DNA of 63,965 nucleotides, the filler included, from Rhizaria sp. SCN 62-66 (taxonomy: Eukaryota), in the NCBI GenBank assembly GCA_001724265.1. It is 3 parts of 3 records of this genome, joined end to end, with 100 filler letters (N's around TTAATTAATTAA, not from the genome) between each part and the next. Parts side by side here need not be neighbours in the genome. Positions count along the whole stretch, not along the records: positions 26,324 to 51,534 come from MEDY01000423.1; positions 51,635 to 63,965 come from MEDY01000534.1; 1 more part is not named here. The stretch is one strand, 5' to 3'. The translations under genes and the position numbers were made by a program. The notes below the pieces were generated by a model. The model was not told the DNA's origin, did not search any database, and was given only the letters and a program-made list of their open reading frames with translations. Position 1 is the stretch's first letter. Every line of letters begins with the position of its first letter. Positions 46,301-54,101 of the stretch are shown here, piece by piece.

Positions 46301-48306
46301 CGAATGGCTTTGTGGGCACCTACTGCTCCTCGCGGCCGCGTATCACTAATGTGCGCTTGACGGACCTCGGGACCGCGCCTATTGTCGTTCAGGGCACCAC
46401 GCGCAGCGTCGCCTGGGAGTATATTGGCGCAGACACGCTTGGCGCCACCATTGTGCTCTACAAGTCGGGCAGTGACTTTGGCACGCCCGTCGGCACCGTG
46501 ACTCATGCCAGCGCCAACGCATTCTCGTGGACTGTTGCTGAGGATTTGGTCGGTGGCAGGTACTTCCTCGAAGTATACGCGTCTGCAATCTGCTCCGCCC
46601 GTAGTGCCGTCTTTGACGTCGACTCGGTCTGCAATGCGCTCGATTGCGGCGATCATGGTGTCTGCAACGCCTCTGATGGCACGTGCACGTGTACAGGTAA
46701 CTACACTGGAACGCTCTGCACAACCTCGCCGTGTGACCGCGCTCGCTGCCACCCCGCGGGCACGGCCTCATGCACTGACGGTGTGTGCTCTTGTCTCACG
46801 GACATCGGCGGAACGCCTCTTTTCACGGGCGCACGCTGCCTTACGCCTGCTGTGTGCAACATCGACACCAACGCGCCTGTGTGCGTCAACGGTGGCGTCA
46901 ACACTGCCGGTGCCGGCGACTCGTGCGGCGCGTGCTCCTGCGAGGGCTCCTGGGGTGGTGACACTTGTGCCACGTGCCAACTCGCCTGCGTGTCGGGCAC
47001 CGTCTCGCCAGACTGCACGACGTGCACGTGCCCTCAGGGCATTCACAGTGCTCTCTGCGCCTGCCGTCACATGCACGTCGGTCTGCACTTTGCGCTCACA
47101 CGCACGCCGTGGTGGGACACTGATCCCTCGCAGCAACGCGTGTGGCTGCGCACGCTACTCTACGACGTCGCCTCGCTTATCACGCTTAGCGGTGACTTCC
47201 CGCGCGGCCGGGTGCGTGTCGAGAACGTGACCACGACCACCATCTACAATGTCACGTACCGCACCGTCACGCTCAACATTGCTGGCGCATGTGCGGCGCC
47301 GCATGAGGCTGAATTTGTTTCTGAGGCCGGCTTCATGTCTCTCTCGCTTGACGACACCTCGTACCTCGCCTCTTCGCCTGCAATCTACTCCACTTCGGCG
47401 TGGGCGACGGCCAGCATTGACGGCAGCACTGTGGCGATGTCTTCTTCGCCGTCAGTCTTCCGCACCAAGAGCTTGGGCGCGAGCACACTGCACGCGGACG
47501 ACGTCACGATGTGGGACTTGTACGGCTACTGGGTAGACCTCAAGACAATCATGTCCTCTTCCACTGGCGCTGTCGGCTCTGTGCTCGCGACAATGCAGAT
47601 CAATGCGGGCGTCACGGCCGTTGACGTCAACTGCAAGTCCGGCTCGTCGTGTCCCACGGGCATCGCGGCCACGGCGCCCGGCATCGTGACAGACCCTGAT
47701 GAGACCAAGGAGGTGCCCTCATCGCCCATGTCGGGTTCGAGCGTCAGTGGCGACATGACTCTCATCGGCGCGCTGATTGGCGTCGCCGTTGCCGTCGTGC
47801 TGCTCGCAGGTTGCCTTATCTTCCTCCTCTGCTTCCGCCGCAAGAAGCGCCGTCAGCGCGACGACGAGGCGGACGCCGAGGCGCAAGCGCTTGCCGATGC
47901 CAGCAGCGGCGCTGCCGCTGCGGGTGCTACCGCCGCCGGCGCTGGCGTTTACGCAGGAGCCGCTGTCTACGCGAGCGCCGTCGCGGCCTCCGGCACTGCC
48001 TCACCGTTGGCGCAGGGCAAGTCGTTGCAGGAGCGCATGCGCGAAGCCAAGCGCGGCGACGACGGGGATGCGGGTGATGTCATGCACATCCGCGTCCGCC
48101 CCGGTGCCTCTGTCGCACCCGCACCTGTTTCGCCTGACGTTGATGATGACGCGCTGCCCAGTGACGCCTCCTCTGGAGACGATGATGACGTCCGCTCCGG
48201 TGCGGGTGCCGGTGGTAAGAAGCAGTTCGACTTGTATGCTGCGCAGAATACGCCGAAGCCTTCACAGAAGCGCTACGACCTCTATGCGTCGCAGTTCAAG
48301 GCATAA
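34399..48306 (+). CDS. Giant (~4630 aa) type I membrane protein: signal peptide, tandem TSP1-like Cys-rich modules, EGF-like domains, TM helix, acidic cytoplasmic tail; intronless
   Basis: Signal-like MRGSRATNVRWHIAAFALLLAIIFGVGVTPVAS; dozens of WxxCSxxCGxG...T/R..xC motifs; EGF-like CxCxxGFxGxxC and CGDHGVC..GTCTC..YTG..C; TM helix LIGALIGVAVAVVLLAGCLIFLLCF followed by RRKKRR (~47761-47855). Stop TAA. Confidence 0.9.
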   Translation: MRGSRATNVRWHIAAFALLLAIIFGVGVTPVASQTGVLSYSSSSVTWDGSNGNSFYIQASFATSTAGRNHATNVFDKCMVCNADGTAQIAMNTVVGQPGCSCVDYRTNVYYGFLDPSMCASALDKISNLSCALNMCAAQVPSPIDSDPKSCTNTSSPTYDYDADTTWSTCTSSGTCGLDGVRTRQRYCYKSGTITANAVFNTSVATTCTDGQPEESMTCVSGTASSCPATYMCYNNADASKAPVACASACNCETGVAEHLGQTVGCFVNGVYAGATCPYPANNTRPAIANLTCSANSCPYRCGSTAGSLDYVCSNSLSTAAYTTCSTTCGINGSRQTYRTCTNAFGQAAGSNAPCTNTAVLPTSLTQTCADFSASTCFMAWRCDVSGVFQVCTGLDACAATSTYCGTPARPTFNALCRLDNNGVVSTIANTYCTSVVGSAPAPAGGNCPDGTFCSFSCRTSTNPTLTDCSDAMWSTTWPATCSSEAGCGSGTRTREVRCISGSNNYASNDVRCSSRTQPMTTQVCYGSGCAVQCFNPLVYDESTVAVANTMACSNSTSAGHYGCPTTCGYGTFVTDAVCIGRDISSNPVVLPLNDQQCINSRAPYDALAPVPSQCMDTSTCVPGGEDAPHWRCLDGTTPYCPNGASWCLCESQCTELLCGDGTMQLRGDLVCILGGQVQTNQTICTSYLGAFNYAALHIGEACRANHCDWNCVRDAAGFPKPTDVSNTKYPAVNAVDVLVCEDDTNCFSCTSGCGTGNQSRTCNCVLRNGNPIDDSYCAENPQTRPPATGGSCELYVNNATTCPLDWRCSLPATPSTLLPCDQVCSTTCGTGNRGNAPTCVVSFSNGTVVTLGAEYCTEYFAAPDVSEGTCSRTSCPYLCRAGEGSPTTACPTVAPTFDESQPWTAVAPWRCNEDCGTGTLSTEVVCNAPAPTGLTTDFTWCLTNAAPVPPTRTCTDYVDNNGDCDVMWRCNGNQCTRTCSMTCGPGEWQLTESPESCYVSSAGGAWTSIHSGYCNVAWKDTELPAGLNTECRGNACTIGCGVPTAVEADVSIAVLSSCDAMGSIGDWTLCSATCGDGSLLTRSACVNSLDVTGRVVYDSSYCVDSTSPNPGYTVVNVTDDRLNTSVACRDFSAAAQGDPTCRYAFACRNTAGDFVPCTDVCSVECGNGVNVLPGAGTPVCVTCAATDGVCSYETMQAADIVANSYCTGTGLQTPVANGTACIGGGCGYLCQNPTTPSAVLRDCMDSNLPLDYYKPCSNSCGDGTRVIQPVCVIDNSNPSAPVIDSAQYNPHCAHATLPSRPQIPCTEFIQNAATCNITYRCYSVTGGWDADCLQECGLSCGASAMQFRSGRMPYCSADKGSGVVVQIPSDSVCTGLSLVQPTTGTYCVGGQCAWKCSDSTTGAVLGDCASTQPTAPHWSRCSNQCGNGLLETYVVCVDTAANTVYVEGSDEASVHCLSAAPSVPDVACEVYAPNVLTGNDFCGVEWECDLGGGEDLVPCDPVCSQSCGVGTTVLSGTPVCRITVGTAAEISRDDDACALVTRPSANAAPCNDGLCPWKCRVNATAAMSDCEADEDAPIWSGCSNNCGEGTLVTDRVCLNNNTNAVEDSSYCANTPVPSYSVPCSEYAVGTCQISWRCEQSDGSFLPCERECSKECGDSVQRNNGAPQCHTYNTLTSTYTSVDFQLCKDIIPTAQWPVLDGDAPVACKGELCPYMCRHSDYPMFNIYDLVDCATVADDAAGAPYWSDCSVACYWTGTKSKDVVCVNSDTVPWTVHELADNAHCARSGDAPTQTVNCFSYDGTNCAVQWGCEVSGAHETCTRSCNKACGDGYFELNGPVKCFISDNGGALVRVPDAYNTTCAGIAAPAGIPANGPSAVCDGGYCNHRCHIDPVNHSVPPFAQTGDCQSESQWGNCDAVCGAGVKHTVSKCYEGSTLRDDTYCRNTVLTLPTPFICEDFTTCAEWLCGGVACAAVCAGDCGLRTTVYNAAPECFVSGVKTTNTTICSTYAAPLPAIGSSCNMKKCPWYCRKDVTSTPGLCDSAKEVTNVWGTCSNSCGVGTLQTNYVCYNSYVGSAAVDASYCDNTPQSDYPIAQHGCAQYSCAVAWKCRDSWDTAASAYNTYSDCTPQCNTTCGTSHQVYQGPTLCIVGGSISSNVTVCEESAAALPALASVCTGRNCPWGCQSFDVPASTMTCGSGMPDKFYGTCSNSCGSGQRAANVICLVPEGDADPANAAHCADVAKPSPSSIACTNYVHNAGTCPLAWFCYTSGGTYESCSQVCTETCGDGYYLLNGLPRCTVRVGGSEQPLTDLTVQSASYSAFCGAQGSQVPPSGTSEICKGLNCPFACKSNSSMTLYDCTNDSSHNKWYGCSNGCGVGTQITSIGCHNTKSSVWTALGDLEAGTDYCANSAAVTPVGPACENYGSKCAEWQCEYYPDATPENPTAGAMATRECALVCSVDCSVGEDVLNGDPHCYVSGVRQATNTICLNSADVTPLPTTGGECWGKKCPFKCRPVGSSQLFECDDEDNIFGGGCDNGCGAGNKTSEIVCFDSVVQDLNSTLCSETPAVVLPVVPCVSYSGTDCSRSWSCLVGGNIVPCTSTCDSTCGAGTYFYNGVPVCLVNDVEWDGTGSNPCNIAPAPTLDHLPTGACVGEACPYVCENPNVNSTVIDVCSNEDVFDGCSASCGPGTKLTNIVCAEPAGSGGFTPVDSTYCRLSTMPTLSPPSCNGTTGCGNVSWMCRNSLNNVVACVKSCSVTCGLGTFVRNGDVGCYQNTESGYVEVASASCSSIAMPESVGEECVGDRCPYLCRPGGSTDVPQTCNSAPANSPATWSSCSTSCGEGTRTSQVVCYNAAMYPTNTSDIFCAATDKPQLIPAYDAATSTYSVACSKYDPAQGCSVIWQCLLSGGTYADCTAACGATCGSSTVVTNGTPTCLVNNVVTNSSVCQNYLTGPAMPAYGQACNMKQCDYACRSTVTNAPYVSCDDTSIWSTCSTNCGNGTETRRVYCYVSSTNSYQTSLDNCVNNGFPQPSTTRSCEKYVYNVNTCNIHWRCKQNGANTWGTCEARCQTSCGASTTALYYSGDTLPTDQPPACYVGSTLVPDTVCLANAASQVPTYGEVCDLKKCPWRCAVPGAPATTNQACSTLDTAPIWSSCSETCGFGTRTTQLHCTALNGNVIADQSACANSVRPTETIPCSETSLCPQWLCDGQPCEQTCSSCGVGTMIYTNGVLGCYYNGTKQASETYCTSRGVTKPATNVECSPRNCPYMCYDNNSTLSLLHDCANTTAPIWGACSGVPGGYSCGVGRQNVTRTCSNGLGAPVAPTWCENAAVVPPLDRACVATDNCGAWSCGTSTSAVVPCQTTCETQCGYGQTVYTTAQQPRCLYKGAFQTGGNIDKYCPTGFPALTACSDVSGCAWGCRNSTGGTVATLVACTDDGSGSGWSVCDNANKCGDGQTTTVPTCFDSVRNVIVANQTLCSTIPGHGVSSSTRTCSITTGCGSWLCYDGFVNKPTSCVRTCPSGCGASTDYLESSIGCFTFDSLGAPTLRTGSDKDIFCADGVAQTPIPVPEPCTATDKCTWKCGLASGSSSATVGLCQPLDYWPSCPTACGVAEVERTVVCTNTANTTAVTPVADSLCASAGTKPVNKTECEVFSGCTFSWKCASLSDPTNFNTCDANGADFSSCSTTCGTGTKTRVVKCFDHLNQQRAETLCTTAKPAVSASCDDMSSCSYEWACYSNSVAVRDVCASTGTWGVCSASCGVGTQSRSAVCVSNGGAIQSNLTLCASAGVAPVVSRECSSGTSCLYTYSAWSACSHTCLTAADTLAGVVSRKTRTATCTTSTGAVTVDYSLCASKPAPTLNGTCSVPACGAVSPPEWVATGWSSTCYGRCGANAEVRKVSCKTTDTQPAVTVDDSLCSAATRPANTRACSTVTVQENPCSQSSISSFTSGSCVLETLVAENTTYTGTQVGFCVCANGFVGTYCSSRPRITNVRLTDLGTAPIVVQGTTRSVAWEYIGADTLGATIVLYKSGSDFGTPVGTVTHASANAFSWTVAEDLVGGRYFLEVYASAICSARSAVFDVDSVCNALDCGDHGVCNASDGTCTCTGNYTGTLCTTSPCDRARCHPAGTASCTDGVCSCLTDIGGTPLFTGARCLTPAVCNIDTNAPVCVNGGVNTAGAGDSCGACSCEGSWGGDTCATCQLACVSGTVSPDCTTCTCPQGIHSALCACRHMHVGLHFALTRTPWWDTDPSQQRVWLRTLLYDVASLITLSGDFPRGRVRVENVTTTTIYNVTYRTVTLNIAGACAAPHEAEFVSEAGFMSLSLDDTSYLASSPAIYSTSAWATASIDGSTVAMSSSPSVFRTKSLGASTLHADDVTMWDLYGYWVDLKTIMSSSTGAVGSVLATMQINAGVTAVDVNCKSGSSCPTGIAATAPGIVTDPDETKEVPSSPMSGSSVSGDMTLIGALIGVAVAVVLLAGCLIFLLCFRRKKRRQRDDEADAEAQALADASSGAAAAGATAAGAGVYAGAAVYASAVAASGTASPLAQGKSLQERMREAKRGDDGDAGDVMHIRVRPGASVAPAPVSPDVDDDALPSDASSGDDDDVRSGAGAGGKKQFDLYAAQNTPKPSQKRYDLYASQFKA

Positions 48307-49930
48307 ACCGCCCTGGAATGTGACATTGTCTTTACTTGATTTACATTCGAATCTTTGTATGTGTGTTTATTTTGTTTGTTTTGTGTTATTTTGCTAGGTT
48401 TTTGATAGCACACTCATTGCTTGATATATGTTATGTTACATTGTACTTATCTTTACGTTTGTCTACCATTCTTTCTTTTTACGAACAACTTTTCTCTCAC
48501 TCGTTCTTGCGATTTAAGTGTACTGTTTCCTCCTTGTCCGTGTTGTTTGTGTGACCCCTGCGTTTTGGTGCCCCCAATTTCATATTCACGTCCAACAGCC
48601 GTCAATGAACCCCCGACTGGTTGTTGGAACGTACGTGAATACCGTATCTAGGTTTGTCAGTCCTTAAAGCGTTGACTTACACAGAGGTCCACACCAACTC
48701 GAATTTGTTTTTGTTTCCTCAAACGCTACAACAATCGGTTTCTTTTGGTTCACTTTATCTCTCTCATATTTTGTGTCGATGTACAAACGGATGTCGGTTT
48801 TCTTGACTATATCATTATGACGCTATGTTCAAAAGTGGACAGTTATTTTAAATTGGTTTGTCCTTGTTCTGTTCTGTTTCCGCTCTCTCTGTATCAACAC
48901 TGTTGCTGCTTGTCGCAGTGACAGCCAATTCAGAAGGCTCTTGTTACACGTTTCTTATATCTTGTTCTTTGTTCGTCCGTTTAGCTCGCTTTTTTTTTTA
49001 TCCAGCTGCTGGACCATTTTTCGTTCCGTTGGAATGTACGCCTTGTATTCCAACGTGGCCGCCTTTTATTTTCCCTTTTCCTGTCTCTTTGGAACACTTG
49101 CGCTTGTTATTCTTTTTCGTCGACCTCATAAGCAGCGTATTGGCTCTCTTCGTGTCGCTCATTTTTGCGACACAACGATGTGCCAGCTCGACCGGCATTT
49201 TTGTCGGCTACACTGCCAATGGGTATTAACGACCTCTTACAATGCATCCCAAATGGTTGAAATACAATTGACTCTCCTTCTCTTTGTCGTTGATCTTTAT
49301 TTGCTTTTGGTGCTGGACGAGCTTGACGCTCACGTGTAGTCGCCGTGCCGAAAGTAAGTTATAGAAACAGAAAGGATTAAAATACGGGCGTTGTCATATC
49401 TTGCTTCTGGTCTTTTGTTTCAATAATCATGTGTCATAGTGCTGAATTTACAAGTGAGTTTGTTGATAGCATCTACTTCGCACACATAAGATCCCACTCC
49501 GAGAAACAGTAACTGTATGACGGTCTGGAAACAAGACTAGGTACCCGCTTATCAATCTATGCTGTGTGATTTCTGTTTATATGCTTATTCTTGTCATAAT
49601 GTCAAAATCTGAGAAACTTGGGTGAAAGGTCGAACTGTTCCAACTCATAACACACACAATCTCAATAAGATGAAATGCGACAACAATGCTTGCCATTACT
49701 GTAATGTCAAAGAAATAAATGTGAAACACATCTTTATTCACAAATGTCATCACGATCTAAGCAAATGTCTTCATGTTTGCCTCAATTTTGATGTGCGCCT
49801 TAAAGCAACTCCTTTCACACACGCACTAAATATGTGCAATCGTTGGTCTGGCCACGATTAGATTCAATCAATCGCGGACCTTTTAAATCCATTGAAGTTG
49901 CACAATCTCATCAGCATATAATCGCCTGTC

Positions 49931-51440
49931 TCAGTTTGACCTGAAAGAAGAATGCATCATGATCGACTGATTATTGCGACCATAAACACTCTTAATGCAG
50001 GGATCCGTCTTGCAATGCGCCATGAAACACTGCAGCACCGTATCGTCAAAGGGGCTGCCCATATTGTCACACGATAGCGCAGTCTCTCCTGCCACGCACG
50101 ACATCACGCGCCCAACGGGCACTGCGCCGCGCAGCAGGCTTAATTGACATTGCTTAAAGACAATAAACACGGGTGTGTCCAACGTGAAACGCGAGTAAGG
50201 CCACTCTTGAATAGCCCCGCGTGGGTACATCAAAACAGTGCCAACGGGATACGCCGCCCCGGTGTCGTCCGTGTTTGCCGCTCTGGTGTACTCGCCGTAA
50301 ACAATGTCAGTCTCTGGCAGTGTAACCGGCGCAGTGGAACACGGCGCGTCAGGATGTGAGTGGTACAGCGTCACAAACGGCAACGATGCCGCAGTCTAGC
50401 CCAGGGGTACAAAACACTTGTGCACGTAGATCCCGAGCCCGAGTGTTTGCGACATGACGCGGAAATGCGCGGCATGGCTCGGAAATCTCTCGTCGTCGAG
50501 CCGGATCACCGCGGCGTACTGGTCCTGCTTCTGTGTCGTTGCGTTGTAGAGCTGCGCCTGAAGGACCACGTCGGCCGCCGTCGCGAACTGCACGCCAACC
50601 GTCTGGCGCGCGCACTCGAGTACGCTCTCGCGCGCCAGGACCTGCAGCAGCGCCAGCGCGGCCGCCGACGGCGCGCCGTTGCGCCGCACGGGACCGGGCA
50701 GCACGCACAGCGCGTTGGGCGTCAGGAGGGTCGACTTCACCCGGCGCGGATAGCCGCCCTCTTCCAGCGCACACGCAACGTGGGCGCTAAGGGCGGCCTC
50801 CCAACCGCAGCTGTAGCCGCGGCAGAACGCGCGAGCGTCGGCAACCGCCTGCTGCCGCTGCGCCCCATCCTCTAACGCACCCTTTTCAGTCCCAGCTGCA
50901 GTGGTAATATTCATGCGCTAAAGCAGTGCGCACAGCTGCGCAAGCTCTTGGTATAAATGCACAATCTCCGCTTTTTCGCTGGTATCAACCTCAGCGACCA
51001 CATCGGTCTTTGTATCGCGCAGTAGCTCCAGCGCACGCCACCCGCGCGCCTCAACAAAGGCCGCCGCAACAGAGGTCTGCGCCGTCGTCGCAGCTGCACC
51101 GCTGTAATCAGCCGCGGCGGGGTCGGGCGCAGTGTCGTGACTCGCAATCATCCTGCGCAGCACACGCAGCAGTGTGGCCGCCGTGGCCACGCCAGGGGCC
51201 TTCACGCCTGTATCTGCCGTTGTAACATCGGCCTCCGCGGTCGCAACAACGCCAGCGTCCGCCGTGGCGTCATTGTCTGCGTCTGCGTCTGCGTCTGCGT
51301 GCGCGTGCGGGCTCAAACAGCCCCAGAGCGGCCCGCCGAGGCGCAGGGCGATGCTGTGCAGCGTGAACGTGCAGTACTGCACTGCGCCGCCGGCGAGCAG
51401 CCGCTGCGCCGCGGAGGCGACATCCGCCTCCGCCTCCGCC
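49931..51440 (-). CDS. ~500-codon unknown gene or pseudogene, 5'-truncated by the telomere, with two in-frame TAG codons (50918-50920 and 50396-50398)
   Basis: Track ORFs 50918-51382, 50396-50914 and 49931-50383 are all in one frame and are separated only by single TAGs (...AQLCALL*RMNIT...; ...CFVPLG*TAASLPF...). The frame is open up to the telomere junction and ends at TGA. Confidence 0.6.
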
Positions 51441-51534
51441 TAGGGTTATTAGGGTTATTAGGGTTATTAGGGTTATTAGGGTTATTAGGGTTATTAGGGT
51501 TATTAGGGTTATTAGGGTTATTAGGGTTATTAGG
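51441..51534 (+). repeat. Telomeric repeat (TTATTAGGG)n, about 10 perfect units
   Basis: Perfect 9-mer array at a contig end, with the G-rich strand running 5'->3' towards the end, and containing TTAGGG. Confidence 0.9.
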
Positions 51535-51634
51535 NNNNNNNNNNNNNNNNNNNNNNNNNNNNNNNNNNNNNNNNNNNNTTAATTAATTAANNNNNNNNNN
51601 NNNNNNNNNNNNNNNNNNNNNNNNNNNNNNNNNN
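51535..51634. other. Artificial contig linker (N44-TTAATTAATTAA-N44)
   Basis: Same 100-nt structure as 26224-26323. Confidence 0.97.
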
Positions 51635-52074
51635 TCAAAAATAATGACCTGATCATTCGTTCTGTCGTGCCGAAATATTTTTCAAGTTGACTGGGGGGCG
51701 GCCCACGGAAAGAGTTTGCGGACGGGACTGTAAATTGAACGTTTGTTCGGCAACAGTCTATGCGTACCTCTGTACAATTTCCAAAGTACATTCGACTGTA
51801 TCTTTTAGTGTAGAAAATGTAAGACATGTTCTCCTACAATTTAAAATGTACAGTACACGCTTTTGACGAATATTTGTTGCGTATTTTATAATGCACTGAA
51901 CTGCGTCGAGTGAAGGACTCGTGACCACGAACTCAGAAGCCCATTTGACTTTTTTTTTACTACAAAGTACCATGCGTCAAAATAGACTTGGTTTGTCCAA
52001 TATAGTGTGTATTTTTTTCAATTTAAACATACTTAGATATTAAAGTCTCAAAAACATAGCAGTATCTCAATTAT

Positions 52075-54101
52075 TTAGACCTCAATGACCTCATCCTCCT
52101 CCTCATCATCCCTCTTCCTCTGACTCGTCTTCTTCGCACTCGCGCTGCCGCCGGTCTTGGCCTTGCTGCCCGCCGCCGTCCTGCCGGCCTTCTTGGCCGC
52201 GGCGGCCTCGCGCAGCGCAGCCTTCTCCGCGGCGCGCTGCAGCCCCTTCTCGCGCGCGCGCTGCTCCCGCTCGCCGCGCCGCGCCTCCCTCTCGCTCACT
52301 GTCGCGCCCGCGCTGCCCACGCCCGCGCCCGCGGTGGCGCTGCTGCTGCTGCTGCCACTGCCAGCGGTGGCGGCGCTGCCGAGCGCGAGGGTGGCGGGGG
52401 ACCAGGGGATCTTGGAGACGGAGTGCACCGAGTCGGAGTAGCTGCCGATGTAGAGCGAGTTCTTGTAGTACACTGCCTGCGAATGATGGGGAAACGAATA
52501 TCGCAAAAGATTCAAGTGAGCTCAATGTGAGTACCAAATACAGTTGTCCAAGTCAAGTTTACATTTCAAGTGAATCAACGTGTAATAAGTCAGTTAACCA
52601 TTCTGAGAAATCAACTCGTTATCGAGTCTGGACAAGCGAGAATAAATCTAAGTGCTCACAGTCTTCAGGATACCATGAAGGCACGAGAATCAAGATAGTG
52701 AAAGACGCGTACCTCGCTGGCAGACCTGACCTTGCCGGACGTGTCGACGATGACCTGCGCGACCTCGGCCCCCTCTGCACTGGACACTGGCGGCTTGACC
52801 GCAGCGACGATCGTAGCGCCGCCGCCGAGTGCCTCGACGAAAGGCGCGATGTACTTGACGGGGATGGCCTTGGCAAGCAGCTTGCGCAGCCACGGCCGCG
52901 GGGCAGTGAAGTCGAACAGCGAGAAGGACGATGCGGACCGCAGCACAGTGCCCGTCACGAGCAGCAGGTCGTTGCCGCTGGCGAAGTACTGGTTCACGTC
53001 GCCGCTCTCGGTCTGGTCCGGCGCGCCGCCGGCAGTGGCGTACTCGCTGGCCCAGCGGATGTTGTCGGGCAGCACGGGCAGGTTCTCGATGTAGACGCCC
53101 GGAATGCCTTTTTTCGGTCCCGACAGCGGGATCTTGACGAGGCGGGCGCGGTTGAGCTCAGCGACGATGAGGTAGCTCCCGTCCTCTGAGAGTACGATGC
53201 CGTTGGGGAAGCTGAGCGAGTTGCGCTTGGTGAAGTAAGTCGCCTTGCGCGTCTTGGGGTCGTAGACGCCGACGCCGCCGTTCTTGCCACTCTCGAGGAT
53301 CTCGAGCATGTAGTCACGCAGACTGTGCTTGTTGCTCGAGATGGTGAAGTAGATCTTGCCGTCCGCGGCGACAGCGACGCTGTTGGGGAAGAGCAGCTCC
53401 TCGCTCTGCTTCGAGAGCGAGTCGTGCACCGTGGTGGCGATGGCCTGGAGCTGGCCCGACGCCGGGTCCATCGCGAGCAGCCCGAAGTAGGCCGCCGCGA
53501 TGATGACGAAGCCGTTGGGGTGGTAGGCCATACCCAGCGCGCGGCCGCAGATGTGCAGCGTCTCATACGTGCCGCACGGCAGCGGGAGCGCCTTGTTCGG
53601 GTCGCCGATCGTCGTCATGGGCTCGGGCGCCGAGAGCGGGGACGCGATGGAGCCGCGGAGGATCTTGCCGTCGGCGGCGCCGAAGTAGGCGTAGTCGCCC
53701 TGGGGAGCGAAGACTACCGACTCGGGACCCTTGTTTGCGCGGCCGCGCCACGCGGGCTGCGCCTTGGCCAGGTCAACCGTGTTGACGACCGGGAACGCGG
53801 CCCCCGCGCCCGCGCCCGTGCGCGCGCCGGCGCTGGAGGAGAGAGAGGGCGGGGAGGCGAGGCGGAAGGCCACCGGGGCGATGGGGGACGGTGAGACGTA
53901 GACGTAGGCCGCGATGGCAACGAGGATGCAGAGGATGAGCTGCAGGGCGCGCGCGGAGGAGTCCGATGAGGACTGAGAGGCGTCGCTGGTCGCCGTGGCA
54001 GTCGCAGTTTTGGCGTTCTTGGTGTTCGACGCGGTGGAGCTGCTGGAGCTGGAGCTGGAGTCGCTGCTGTCCCGAGGGACGGAGACGTTGCTGCGGGCCA
54101 T
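52075..54101 (-). CDS. Strictosidine-synthase-like / APMAP-family beta-propeller protein with N-terminal membrane anchor; exons 54101-52713 and 52476-52075
   Basis: TM helix ALQLILCILVAIAAYVYV; GPESVVF; ICGRALGM; YFGLL; FPNSVAVAADGKIYFT.SS; LSFPNGIVLSED; ENLPVLPDNIR. Splicing the GTACGC...CAG intron gives SEAVYYKNSLYIGS. Stop TAA. Confidence 0.88.

Noticed and set aside
29856-50920. Pyrrolysine or selenocysteine explanation for the in-frame stops
   Set aside because: Sec uses TGA; Pyl is not known in eukaryotes, and the host proteins are not methylamine methyltransferases.
51137-51586. ORF ending in (LGL)n repeats
   Set aside because: Translation of the telomeric repeat.
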